The notes under the pieces are model-generated. The model saw nothing but the letters and a program-made list of their open reading frames with translations. It searched no databases and had not been told where the DNA came from. A DNA stretch of 61,914 nucleotides, the filler included, from Circinaria calcarea (Eukaryota), in the NCBI GenBank assembly GCA_051942165.1. It is 20 parts of 20 records of this genome, joined end to end, with 100 filler letters (N's around TTAATTAATTAA, not from the genome) between each part and the next. Parts side by side here need not be neighbours in the genome. Positions count along the whole stretch, not along the records: positions 49,644 to 52,638 come from JAVECS010003115.1; positions 52,739 to 55,731 come from JAVECS010003116.1; positions 55,832 to 58,823 come from JAVECS010003117.1; positions 58,924 to 61,914 come from JAVECS010003118.1; 16 more parts are not named here. One strand, 5' to 3'. Below are positions 51,285 through 61,914 of the stretch, in pieces. Within the stretch, counting starts at the first letter, position 1, and every line of letters starts with the position of its first letter. The translations under genes were made by a program, and so were the position numbers.

Positions 51285-51730
51285 CGTGCTACCCCCCATT
51301 TCTGAGGTAGCTGGCTTTCGCTTAATTTTGCGCGAATTATGACATCTCGAAAAAAAGTTACCCACGATCCGCTAATTAGCACTAGCTATTAATACCACGT
51401 ATTAATAAAGATCATCGATTTTCAGGCTCTATATATCTAATTAAATTACTCCGTCTATAGCCTCTGATTATGATCAATAGATGAAGTATTGATCTGAGTA
51501 AAATAAATAATTCTATTAAATAAAAAGATATCTAAAAGGATACTTGAAATGATACCTAAAAAGGCCTGATACTCAATTTAGTATTAAAAAGCGACCGTAA
51601 TATGAAAGAAGCTAGTGTGTAGAATTCTGGGGTAGCTGACTTTTTCCGTATACTTAATTAGGTACCAAAAATCGACCCATACAAATTAAGCGAGAAAAAA
51701 GCCAGCCACCCCAGAAATGGGGGTGGCACG
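51285..51730. mobile_element. MITE-like element, ~446 bp, with ~45-bp imperfect TIRs
   Basis: Left cgtgctaccccccatttctgaggtagctggctttcgcttaattt versus right reverse complement cgtgccacccccatttctggggtggctggcttttttctcgcttaattt; TA-rich interior; no clear TSD. Confidence 0.75.
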
Positions 51731-52738
51731 ATCCGGACTCGTTTTGACTCGTTTTTTCTATCAATTACATCTAGAGCCTTGTTGTTTTGGCTAACGCGGT
51801 ATATACTTAAGGGGTGGGGTAAGCACTAGTAACTACGCTATACGTAGCTGTATCATCACACGACAGAATAATGTATTGTCCTATTCTTTATTATGCTGTG
51901 TGTTTGAGACCCCTGAAGCACAAGATAAGTCGGGCAATGTACTCATATATCATAACGATTGTTGGACTTATCAGAATCATGTTTCAATCGCAAAATTCTG
52001 GTTTGACTTCAAACATCATACTCACCTGATCCATGCATCCTCCTTGGCGGTGGAACCAAATCACCATCCTGCCGTCTCCGCTCCCATTAGATAGGCGTTC
52101 CTGGGCATCCATTCTTACTAGCGCGTTGTACATACGCCGCTTGCTTTGTCTGGTGCAACTATACTTTCCTCGGCATATGGCTGATATTTCTGTAAGTACC
52201 TTGGATACAACAGATGCTCCATATGTCAACCCTTTCATCAGCTCCCATTTGCAGTGGCCGCGCAAAGTTTCATACGATCTCTTCCTGTACATGGGGTTTC
52301 TACGAAAAGGCCATCACTTTCGAAATATTAGCATACGTGACCACAATCACGTCGTTATAGCAAGCCTCGAACAGAAAAAGAACCCAACTGCGTAACTCGC
52401 CATATACTAGAGGGCGGCTTGCGACGAATCAAAGTACTATGACTCAAGCAGGGGCCCTTGTGTCGCTATTACCTCCATGCATTGTATGTACACAATTCCC
52501 CCCCACAAGAATCCAAGGTGTGAGCATAACTAAGTGATTTCTTTTCAGCAAGCCGCGGCATTGGAAGGGATTGCTTCAACCAGCTGTGAAGCGGACATCG
52601 TATGCATCTGTTCGAATAGCAACTTTCTTAGCTTGCTGNNNNNNNNNNNNNNNNNNNNNNNNNNNNNNNNNNNNNNNNNNNNTTAATTAATTAANNNNNN
52701 NNNNNNNNNNNNNNNNNNNNNNNNNNNNNNNNNNNNNN

Positions 52739-55696
52739 TTCGTGCTTTGTCAAATGTTCTCTCAGGTACTGCCCATGAACAAGATACTCGCGGTAATCGG
52801 AAACACGTCCAGTTTCTGGTTTCATCTTTATTCGAAAATCTGCTTCGTGGAACGAACAGCAAAACACTTTGACGGCGTATCCAAGCCACATAGGAAGAAT
52901 GTTTTCCGCTTTCAATGCGTCACGACAGAAGTTTTGCACCACACTATGTATCTTGAGCGTATCTATCGGCTCTGGATCCACCAAGCTGTCTCGACTACTC
53001 GACATCGAGTTTTTATCGCTAGGCTCATTTCGCTCTATCAAGGCGTAGCGTATAAGAATACCGTAGGTAGTGTTTATATCCGGCTTCTCACCCTCGCCTT
53101 GTCCGGTAGACTTCACCTCGAGCCTCTCTTGTCGTAACGCTTTGAGACCCATATGCACCAGTTCTACCGGTATATGTGGGCCATAGAAGCATAGGATGTT
53201 GATGAGGTGAAAGGCCGCATAGTGCTTTCGCTCTTGCAGTTCGGACATGATCTTATGATAAGGTCCCCCTAGTTTTCGGTCGGCGGAATAGGATGGAATT
53301 TTATATTTTTCGAGCCTTTCGTGTGTATCCGCAAGGCGATGGCTGATTGCATTGATCGCCAATGGGAGTCCTCCCACTTCTCTGACAAGTTCTGTCGCCC
53401 TTTTGACCTGTGCATCGTTCGGCCGTTTCAGCTGAATTTCTTTGAAAAGGAGATTTCGAGCGTCCGATTCCTTTAGCGGTGGAACTTTTATCGCGAACGG
53501 GCGTAAAAGGCTATGCATACTTTCCAACCGTTTCGACATGGAGATGTATATTAGGCTTGACTTGCGACTGTTGGGGATGATGCTTCGCAACTCTGTGGCA
53601 TCCTCGGCTTCGTCAACCGTGACACCATCCAATACAATGAGCCAGTCAGTACGGCTTTCAAACCATGTCTTAACAATCTCAATGGATGATTTCCCCGTTC
53701 CGTCACTTGATACTCGTAGGTCGGGAGAATCAACCGCAACAACCTTTTGCGCTATTTGCCAGTAGTCTCTGTACAGTTCGTCTTTTATTTTGGCATCAAT
53801 CCAGAAGATACCCCCTTTGAACTTATGCCGGTACTTGTTGACATATTGACGGGCCAAATGCGATTTCCCTGCTCCCGCCTGACCATGAAGCAAAACACAC
53901 GCAGTGCCGGCTCTACGCCTTTTGTCGAAGAGTCTTTTGTCGAGCTCCAATAGCTCCTTTTCCATCCCTACGAAGAAGGTATTTACACCAAAACTAGGCG
54001 GGACAATAAAGTAAGGTTCTGATGGCTTTGTAATTGGGTTGGGGTCCTCAGGGGTCGCTTCGATGGATTCTAGCTTCTTAAGTAATTGAGATTCACGAAG
54101 ATCGTGTGTTGAACTACCTACAGAAAAACCCAAATCAGCACTCCGACCTTTGCGCAACGCTAACATCAGACTAAGCCCGTGAAGAGGGAGCAAATAGAAA
54201 CACCATGATGAACTCCCAGCTCCTCAGACCCAACAAGTTATCTACTTGCAGCGACGCTGTCCATCTCCTCATCCCTCTCGAACTCAAGCTCCCCATCCGA
54301 ATGTTCTTCTGGAGCAGGAAGCACTCGTAACTTACTCGGTGTGTGCTCGGAACTGCTCTCTGCGCTAGAAGCAACGGGATCTTGTAAGTTTATTCTATCT
54401 AAGCACGTCAGATTGGGGATAGCCTTGAAGTTCGTGAACAAGCTTACCAGAGTTAAACGGGAAAAGCTCTTTGGCCTTTCGTATCCGTTGAGCCGTACGG
54501 CCTTCTGTCTCAGATACCCATCGCGCCTTGATCGTTGCTACACTCTCCTCCGAGTACCTCTGAATGCCATCGACAACAAGGTCAAAGCCGGGGGCATTGT
54601 CACTATCAAATTTGCACATGTGTGAATGGTCGGCTTGTATGCTTGCGCGTTCCACATCGGGCAGAGTGGGTGCGGCGGATTCTTCATCTACAATCTTAGG
54701 ATTCGTCAGTTTCTTGTGAACAATAAATTGGACTTTTTGGACGCACGAATCGGTAAGTTCCTTTCAAGTCAGTTGGCTTGGCTTCATGAAAGAAATAAAG
54801 GTGGAAATCATCCATCAGCTGCGCAAATTGTCGATCGATGTTTTGCAAGGTCTCGCTGTTGCTCTTCAAAGCATCCACCAGTTGCGGTTCGGTATCAACC
54901 ACTTTCTTCAGGACTACCGTCCTACACAGCCGCTCCAAATAAGAGCCCCACTGGCCGAGGTCCGACCCTTTATGGGGAGTCCCAAGGAAAAGTATCCCGT
55001 AAGTTGAGACGAAGATGGACCGTAGATGTTCAGTTTTTGGGCCACTGATTTCCGACGATGCTATAAGTGCCTAAGAATCGTCGTTAATTCGTATGCCTTT
55101 ATCAAGATATACCTAGGAGACTCACTCTCTTAACCACTAAACCGCCTAGAGAGTGCGCAAGAAAGACGATGGGGCGCTCGGTCGCTTTGCGAATCTATAC
55201 TCCGGTCAACCTCCGTATTGTTGAAATTTTTGGTCTAGGTCCCATTCAACGGGGCATAACTCACCCGCCTGTTCGCGAACAGATCCGCAATCAAACGCTC
55301 TGCATGATTATGAATCTTATCCTTTGTCGCCCCTTCACCCCGAAAGGATGTAACGTCGGCATCGTAGCCGTATACAAGTACGCGCACCTTTTGCTCTTCC
55401 ACATATTGCGGTAGGAGTTGCGCGGGCCAGAAGATATTTGTAGCCTTGCTGGTCCAGGTATCGTGAGGGTCACCGTTCAGACCATGCACCAAGACCAAAT
55501 CGACGAGGGCCGAGCTGGCGGGCGTGGGCGCGTAAGCTTCGGTCAAGCCATAACGTTGGACGGAGATGGGTGGAGAGCCCTACTACAGTCAGCTTCGGTC
55601 ATCGATCAACCTGCTCTTATTGGCGAGGATCGTACATACCATCACCTTACCAGTTTCTTATTGAGTCCTAATTCCCCCTTGAATGCTCTCTGCCAT
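52739..55696 (-). CDS. NLR-like protein: SesB/LipA-like alpha/beta hydrolase plus NB-ARC, 3' truncated, multi-exon
   Basis: VDLVLVHGLNG, IFWPAQLLP, VLVYGYDA, RPIVFLAHSLGGLVVKR, FLGTPHKGS, ADHSHMCKF; Walker A GQAGAGKS, Walker B WLIVLDG, GGLPLAI, KIHSVVQ. Confidence 0.92.
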
Positions 55697-55833
55697 ATGA
55701 TAGATGCAAAACTTTCAGGGCAAACGTCCACNNNNNNNNNNNNNNNNNNNNNNNNNNNNNNNNNNNNNNNNNNNNTTAATTAATTAANNNNNNNNNNNNN
55801 NNNNNNNNNNNNNNNNNNNNNNNNNNNNNNNAA

Positions 55834-57285
55834 GATTTCAGAAAATATGGAGGATTAAGACCATTTTTACCTTTAACTTATTCAGTTATGCTAATAGCTT
55901 CTCTTAGCTTAGTAGCTTTCCCGTTCATGACAGGATTCTATAGTAAAGACTTTATATTAGAATCTGCTTATGGACAGTTCTATTTTTCTAGTACTGTTGT
56001 ATACTTCATAGCAACTATTGGTGCTATGTTTACTACTCTATATTCAGTTAAAGTTCTATATTTAACTTTTTTAACTAATCCTAATGGACCTTTAATTAAC
56101 TATAAACAAGCACATGAAGGTGATATTTTTATGAGTTTACCTTTAATAATTTTGGCAGTTTTTTCAATATTTTTTGGATATGTAACTAAAGATATTTTTA
56201 TAGGGTTAGGTTCAGGTTTTTTTGCAGATAACAGTTTATTTATACATCCTAAACATGAAATTATGTTAGATACAGAATTTGCTGTTCCTCTTCTATTTAA
56301 ATTATTACCTTTAGCCTTTACCATCTCATTAAGTGCTATCTCTATAGTTTTATCTGAATTTTTACCACGAATACTTTTATCTTTTAAGTTTTCTAGATTA
56401 GGTTATAATATCTTTAGCTTTTTTAATCAACGTTTTTATATTGAACTTTTATATAATAAATATGTTACCGGTCTTATTCTTAAATTAGGGGGACAAACTA
56501 CTAAGGTTTTAGATAAAGGTTCCGTGGAATTACTCGGACCTTTTGGTTTAGAAAAGGGATTGCTTAATCTAAGTAGTAATTTAAGTAAATTAGATACAGG
56601 TGTTATTACATCTTATGCCTTGTATATATTAATAGGTTTAATCTTTTATATCTTAACACCATATTTATCTTTAACCGATAGTAGCTTGTTGTTATTAGTT
56701 ATATTTGGACTCTTTACTCTTAATAGTGAAACTCTATATTCAAATAGAGATATCTATCCAGATTTTAAAAACTCTTCTTCTGGACTTTCTAGTCAAGAGA
56801 GTTCTTTAGTAACCTTGACTAGAGACACTTTAATATATAAGTTATTGCTGGGTTATTTTTTAGTTATGTTTATGATAGTAGCTCCATCTGTAGGTGGATT
56901 TGTTTCCTCACCTAATTTGGATGGTGATTTACATAACATTATTCAGGAGTTAGATAGACTGTTTCCTCAGCTTAATGAATTCATTAACAGATTTAAGGAG
57001 TTTGTTAATGAAACTCAAATTAATGTCATTACTGACGCTCAAGGAGTCTTAAGTATTGAGGTTTTGGAAGGGTTAGATGATACTCTTGCTCAAGTGTATG
57101 CAAATAAAATTCAAGTTATTGATAACTTGATACATAATCATATTCATAAGATAGAAGAATTACTTGGAACAGCTTCTGAAATAGAAGCTAAGATATTGGA
57201 ATCCGACCAGAATTATATATCACAATTAGCAAAATATCTCGCAAAGTTGAAAGAATTAAGTAATTCATATGGACATATCCATTAA
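55834..57285 (+). CDS. nad5: Mitochondrial nad5 3' part with an in-frame ~185-aa C-terminal extension
   Basis: [72 protein letters not shown]. Nad5-like sequence ends near 56724 but the frame stays open to TAA 57285. Confidence 0.95.
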   Translation, partial: DFRKYGGLRPFLPLTYSVMLIASLSLVAFPFMTGFYSKDFILESAYGQFYFSSTVVYFIATIGAMFTTLYSVKVLYLTFLTNPNGPLINYKQAHEGDIFMSLPLIILAVFSIFFGYVTKDIFIGLGSGFFADNSLFIHPKHEIMLDTEFAVPLLFKLLPLAFTISLSAISIVLSEFLPRILLSFKFSRLGYNIFSFFNQRFYIELLYNKYVTGLILKLGGQTTKVLDKGSVELLGPFGLEKGLLNLSSNLSKLDTGVITSYALYILIGLIFYILTPYLSLTDSSLLLLVIFGLFTLNSETLYSNRDIYPDFKNSSSGLSSQESSLVTLTRDTLIYKLLLGYFLVMFMIVAPSVGGFVSSPNLDGDLHNIIQELDRLFPQLNEFINRFKEFVNETQINVITDAQGVLSIEVLEGLDDTLAQVYANKIQVIDNLIHNHIHKIEELLGTASEIEAKILESDQNYISQLAKYLAKLKELSNSYGHIH

Positions 57286-58544
57286 TTACCTTTCATAAAG
57301 AGGTTATATATTTTAGCTCTAAATATAAATACTAGTTACATATTTAATCATGACATCTTTAATATGTATAATATATTTATACCTATAAGTATGTAAAGAT
57401 CTGGATATGTTTTCATTCGGATTATAAGCAACTGGACGTAAAGAAGTATTATCTGTATACTTATTTAAACCAGTTAACTGGTTTAATATATATAATCTCC
57501 CATTTTCTGCTGGCTGACTGCCAACCAGTTGATAACTAGTTTTGGACTAATCCGCTTATATAGCGAAAATGATGGCCACCTTAATAAAAATTAAGGTTTA
57601 GTAGAGAAGAACAAAAGACGTTTTTGTTTAAAGCTAAGGTTATCTCCTTCTTTGTTTTTTAACTTAAAGAAAATTGCACGGGGTATAGGGAGAATTTCAC
57701 ATTTTAATACGGTACATTCGAGGGAGGATATACTCCCGAGTTCTTTCCTTTATTTTGGTATTTGTATTTATATTTTTATCCAATGAAGAGAACGCAGTTT
57801 TTAACATTTATTGTACTTATTAAAGGTGCTATGATTTCTGATTAGTAGTTGTAGTTCTTAAATGAACAGTTCCAAAGCATTAAGTTTAACATGTATCTTT
57901 TAGTTGTCTAAAAGTATCTAAATCTCTCTTTAGTTTTTATATAAAATTATAATAACGTTATCTTCTCTTATAATAGGAGAAGAACATTTTTTATTAAAAA
58001 AAAATCCAAACCAAAAAAGGATAAAAGCTCTCTCTAAAGCTTTATTAGCTTACAGGCCGAGACTTAAAAGGAAAAACAGAATAATCTGGCCAAAGGCTTA
58101 CCTAAAAAGGACGCATTAGCAGTTTTTACAAATGAAGGCTCTAGCTTAACACTATAAAATAATATTATATTATATTATATTATATAATAAAATATATTGT
58201 ATTACATTTTATATATTTAATTTATATTACTAGAACCTATATCTAGTATTGTGTTCACAGTCTAAAATCAATATATAATAAAAAAAAAATATGGATAATA
58301 AGTAAAACGTAATCATTTACTTATTAAATGACGTTCTTTAATAAATCCTGTATTACAGGAATGGTTAGAATTGGGTGGTTCAGGTAGTTACAAGGATAGT
58401 TTTAAGATTGCAGGTAATAAACACCACTTAGGTATATACATAGCAGCCTTCAGCTTATTAATAAGAATAGTAATGTATTGGTTTATAACTATATGTACTA
58501 TTCGGATCATTTTTCTAAACCCCTTTTTACATATTTGTGAGCAA

Positions 58545-58606
58545 GAGACGAGTCCGTCTCCAATGTTGTATTGGAGACGAGTCCGTCTCCAATGTTGTAT
58601 TGGAGA
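58545..58606. repeat. Perfect 29-bp tandem repeat made of overlapping palindromes
   Basis: (gagacgagtccgtctccaatgttgtattg)x2 plus gaga; hairpins gagacg/cgtctc and ctccaat/attggag. Confidence 0.9.
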
Positions 58607-58923
58607 GAGTGAGGTGATTATTTATCCATTGTTGACAGTAGTTTATTTTCAGATGTAACTGATGAGGATAAACTGAGATCAAACTATCTTGATACTAGTT
58701 TAGAAACAATATTGTATAGGTATGTAGATATAAAACTTAATACCATACACCCTATAAGTTTCAAACTAGACCAAAAAAGACTTTTTTAATAGATAAAGTC
58801 TTACCTCTAGACTGAAAAAAAAANNNNNNNNNNNNNNNNNNNNNNNNNNNNNNNNNNNNNNNNNNNNTTAATTAATTAANNNNNNNNNNNNNNNNNNNNN
58901 NNNNNNNNNNNNNNNNNNNNNNN

Positions 58924-59652
58924 ATTAAATTGTAACCACCTGTTTGGCTAATATCAAAACTAGCTACTAAATATTCACTGTTTTTTTTTAAATTAGACAC
59001 ACTGAAACAACCCTCAGCTTCTATAAAACCCACTAATCATGCAGGAAAATAAGACGCATTAATAATAGACTGTGTTGTGTTCAAAGGTTCAATATTTCTA
59101 AAATATTTAGGTAAGTCTTCAGAATACACAATGTCTGAAAATAAAGCAGTTTTAAATCTTAAATAATCATACTGTTTATTAGAGAACATAGGATATCTAT
59201 CAAAAATAGGGATTATAAATTTCTTTAAGTGATTTTTATTTCTAATTCTTAAAGATACCATTTCTATTTTACCCTTTTTTCTAAAACTTACAATACCTAT
59301 ACCTAACAATTTTTTAACTTTATATATTAACTGAACATCTTTTATTGATAATTCAATACCTAGTTCGTATGTTAAATCTTTTCCTTTTTTTGTGATACAA
59401 AAATATCCGTCGCCTTCAAATAAACCTACTAAATAAGCATAAATAAGATCTCCTGCGTCTAGTCTCTGAGAGGCTTCTGAAGTAGATATACTTCTAACCC
59501 CTGCTGATTGTCTCCATGTCATTGCAATTTTCACGTAAATAATTAATATAAAAATTAAAAATAAATCGTATGCAACTTCTAAGTTTGAAGATTTTTTAGC
59601 ATTAAGCAGGATTTTTAACACTACGTCACCGCAGTGTGGTTCACCTATCTTT
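58924..59652 (-). mobile_element. cob-506 group I intron (5' part) with in-frame double-motif LAGLIDADG ORF
   Basis: Frame continues from the cob exon: LKIGEPHCGDVVLKILLNA...YAYLVGLFEGDGYF...YFPAW(TGA)LVGFIEAEGCFSV. Core-like sequences CAATCAGCAGG and TCAGAGACTA are embedded in the ORF. Confidence 0.92.
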
Positions 59653-59765
59653 AAACCACCTCAAATAAATTCAACTATATCTTGTCCTACTCAAGGTATG
59701 GCACTCATAAGATTAGTAATAACTGTTGCACCTCATAAAGACATTTGTCCATAAGGTAAAACGTA
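59653..59765 (-). CDS. cob: cob exon, 113 nt (positions 394-506)
   Basis: Code 4: [37 protein letters not shown]; preceded by the intron-terminal G and intact. Confidence 0.97.
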
Positions 59766-60017
59766 CTAGCATACTCACTTTATGTTAAAAACATGTAAAG
59801 CAAGTAGGAATAACTTTTATTTCGTATATTCCATTACGTGAGTTTCACGTAAGAGTTTCGACTGTGCATTAAGCATCATTTCAGACACTCATCAGTGACC
59901 CAGTCTGTCGCGATCATTTAGATAACCGACGATCTTAATAAATTTTTATATAATATTAACCTATTTATAAATTGGCTTAAAACCATTAGCAGGTTGTTTT
60001 GTGAACTGTTTCACTAG

Positions 60018-60256
60018 ATTACGTCACGGAATTGTCTTACTGACTAGAATTTTCCGTGAGGTTCCACCAGGTTCCATCTGCTTCCATGAAATTCCAAGAT
60101 ACGTCATATGTTATATTTTTTGCCACTCGATGCAATATATAAGACCTTGTTTTTGCCCTTTCTTCCTTTCCTAAATTTTTTTTTCATTCTGTCATTATAC
60201 ATACAACTGCCACAAGTCCATCCTACTACTACCAACCACTGCACGCAAAGTCAACA
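60018..60256 (+). promoter_or_regulatory. Putative RNA polymerase II-type promoter and 5' UTR of the inserted gene
   Basis: TACGTCA at ~60020 and ~60100; five nTTCC units at a 10-bp period (60051-60100); TATATAA 60136-60142; pyrimidine tract; CA-rich leader; CAACA-ATG-TC start context. Confidence 0.5.
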
Positions 60257-61078
60257 ATGTCTATTCCTCAATATTCCTCCTCTCGCCCTGTGCAAGCAGC
60301 GCTTCACAGAATAAATAATCCACCGACTCCCATCAAATATGAGCATCATGTGTCTACCTGGGCCGGTACAATGTTGAAAAAGGTGTTTCACTCGGATGAT
60401 TACACCATGTCGTCCGAAGTGATCGATCCGCATGAAAAAAGCAAGCCCGACTTTCTCATCGAAAAACTTACCGACCAAGACAAACTTGTTCGACATTTGT
60501 ATGTTGAACTGAAGAAGGTCGGAGGAGATCACTTCGAAAAAGCACTGGACCAAGCTACCAAGCACATACGAGCAACTATTGAGGGGGAGAGCGACACGGT
60601 GAAGGAATGCTTTGTTGTTGTCCAAAGAGGACTGGACATAGGATTCTTTGAATACCATGCTCGACAAGAAGACCTGGATCAGGAAGGCATTCCGAATTTC
60701 CGAGGTTGTGTTTCCCTCACCCAAGTATTCGCAACAGACGAAGACATGCCCTACACCGTGGAGGATATCAAGTCAAATGTACACACTCGGAACTATAATC
60801 CAATGGACAAAATAGACCAATCGCTGAAGCGATACGTCACCTTCGACAACGAAAATCGGCGAATCATTGTTCCAACAACGCTTAGAGGTCTAGGTCTAAA
60901 GCAGCTCTCTTTTGGCAACTACAGTGGCAATAATCTAGACCTGCTTCGAATTCGGGATGACGCCAGATTGTACACCGATCCCTGTGTGTTCAACATTGAG
61001 CAACATCAAGTGCTGATTGACTACCTTTTCCATTATATGTCACTACAGACACCAAGACAAATTATACCAGACCCTTGA
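60257..61078 (+). CDS. PD-(D/E)XK nuclease-like protein, 273 aa, antisense inside the cob-393 intron
   Basis: YEHHVSTWAGTMLKKVF (E29), KPDFLI (P64-D65), LYVELKK (E84, K86), FEKALDQA, FVVVQRGLDIGFFEY. Intronless and clearly more GC-rich than its flanks. Ends TGA-AAG-TAA, so it terminates in either genetic code. Confidence 0.85.
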   Translation: MSIPQYSSSRPVQAALHRINNPPTPIKYEHHVSTWAGTMLKKVFHSDDYTMSSEVIDPHEKSKPDFLIEKLTDQDKLVRHLYVELKKVGGDHFEKALDQATKHIRATIEGESDTVKECFVVVQRGLDIGFFEYHARQEDLDQEGIPNFRGCVSLTQVFATDEDMPYTVEDIKSNVHTRNYNPMDKIDQSLKRYVTFDNENRRIIVPTTLRGLGLKQLSFGNYSGNNLDLLRIRDDARLYTDPCVFNIEQHQVLIDYLFHYMSLQTPRQIIPDP

Positions 61079-61298
61079 AAGTAAGAACAAGGACAGGGCT
61101 TTCATGGACTAAGATTGTTTATTATATAGGTATATAAGATAATAAAAAAATCATTTTTGATCGTTTTCACTGACATTGCCAAAGAAATATCATATTTCTT
61201 CAATAACCTTGTCAGGTCATTCTACTTTCTTTTCATTTCCTTCTAAAAGTTGCATGAAAATTTAAACTCGTAGGACTATGATTAAATCAAACTAACAA

Positions 61299-61914
61299 TT
61301 AGTTAATATATTTGACAATTCAACGTTTTTTCAGTAATTTTTTTTCACTTTTCAAAGCTCTAAACACAGTCTTTACTGAACAATCCAAACATTTAGCTGC
61401 TTCTGTAATACTAGAATACTCGGCATAAACAGTATAATCCAAATTATAAATTAATACTGGCTTAGCTTTTTTTTTCATGTTAGCTAATGCTTCTAAACTA
61501 TAATTCACTTTACCCCGTTCTAAAGCTTTTTCTCTTAGTATGTTCACAGTTTCCTGTTTTAGATTTTTACCCCTGTTTAAACTACATATTGCTGCCCTAC
61601 GCTGTTCATTGTAATTAGATTTCATTTTTATTCTAGTTATTTCACTATGTTTGTATCCAAAACTAGACCCAGCCTCAGTTAATATATTATAATTAGGTAA
61701 TAGAGATTTAAGGTAAAAATCTTCTAGGTCTAATAATTTTATATTATTTTCTCTAGTTACAGTCTCTGGAAACAATTCTAGAATTATAAATGTAAACGAA
61801 AATATATGATATTTTTTAACTGCATTTTTTATTATTTTGTTACCGTTAAAGTTAAACAAATGGTTTGAAAATCTACTGTAAAATCTACCTGTAGACGCAG
61901 ATCCTATATAATAG
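61299..61914 (-). CDS. GIY-YIG homing endonuclease of the cob-393 intron (5' truncated)
   Basis: YIGSASTGRFYSRFSNH, LEDFYLKSLLPNYNILTEAGSSFGYKHSE (NUMOD3-like), YSSITEAAKCLDCSVKTVFRAL (NUMOD1-like HTH); code 4 end KKRWIVKYIN*. Confidence 0.93.

Larger units (their letters stand above)
59766..61914 (-). mobile_element. cob-393 group I (ID-like) intron, 5' truncated, core split by a ~1.2-kb insertion
   Basis: On the minus strand the 5' core half is TCTTTGGC-AAT-GTCAG-TGAAA-ACGATC (~61185-61159). The 3' half is GATCGT-CGGTTAT...GCGACAGACTGGGTCACTGA...GCTTAATGCACAGTCG (~59934-59859), and the terminal G is at 59766. Confidence 0.85.

Noticed and set aside
57290..58540. Possible decayed ORFs in the spacer after nad5, and similarly at 17700-18150
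   Set aside because: Fragmentary and without diagnostic motifs in either genetic code.

Overview
This window is not one locus. It is 20 unrelated ~3.0-kb contigs (3013 down to 2991 bp, sorted by length) joined by 19 artificial 100-bp linkers (N44-TTAATTAATTAA-N44). The DNA is from filamentous ascomycete fungi (Pezizomycotina-type spliceosomal introns and genes). Sixteen contigs look nuclear and four are mitochondrial or mitochondrion-derived (TGA=Trp, so the supplied ORF track truncates them). Nuclear genes recognised, mostly partial: TFB4, taspase, MRS6/REP, probable DCP2, IBA57, eIF4B, an SDR, a GH71 glucanase, 6PGD, a TIM-barrel isomerase, COX15, PGS1, NDUFA12, a P450 and an esterase-NB-ARC gene. 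The top candidate for an undescribed system is a pair of mutually similar PD-(D/E)XK-fold nuclease-like genes in mitochondrial context on two separate contigs. One (60257-61078) lies antisense inside the catalytic core of a cob-393 group I intron that already has a GIY-YIG gene, and it still looks nuclear (higher GC, TATA box, Kozak context). The other (6228-7859) is fully AT-rich, uses 8 TGA-Trp codons, has N-terminal hydrophobic segments and ends 18 nt before the cox1-1125 site. Also notable: long in-frame C-terminal extensions on cox1 and nad5, an AT-less KS(Cys-His-Asn)-ACP-TE synthase, and a protein with at least 5 cold-shock domains plus a GW/WG-repeat tail. All calls come from manual reading and translation; no database searches were run.
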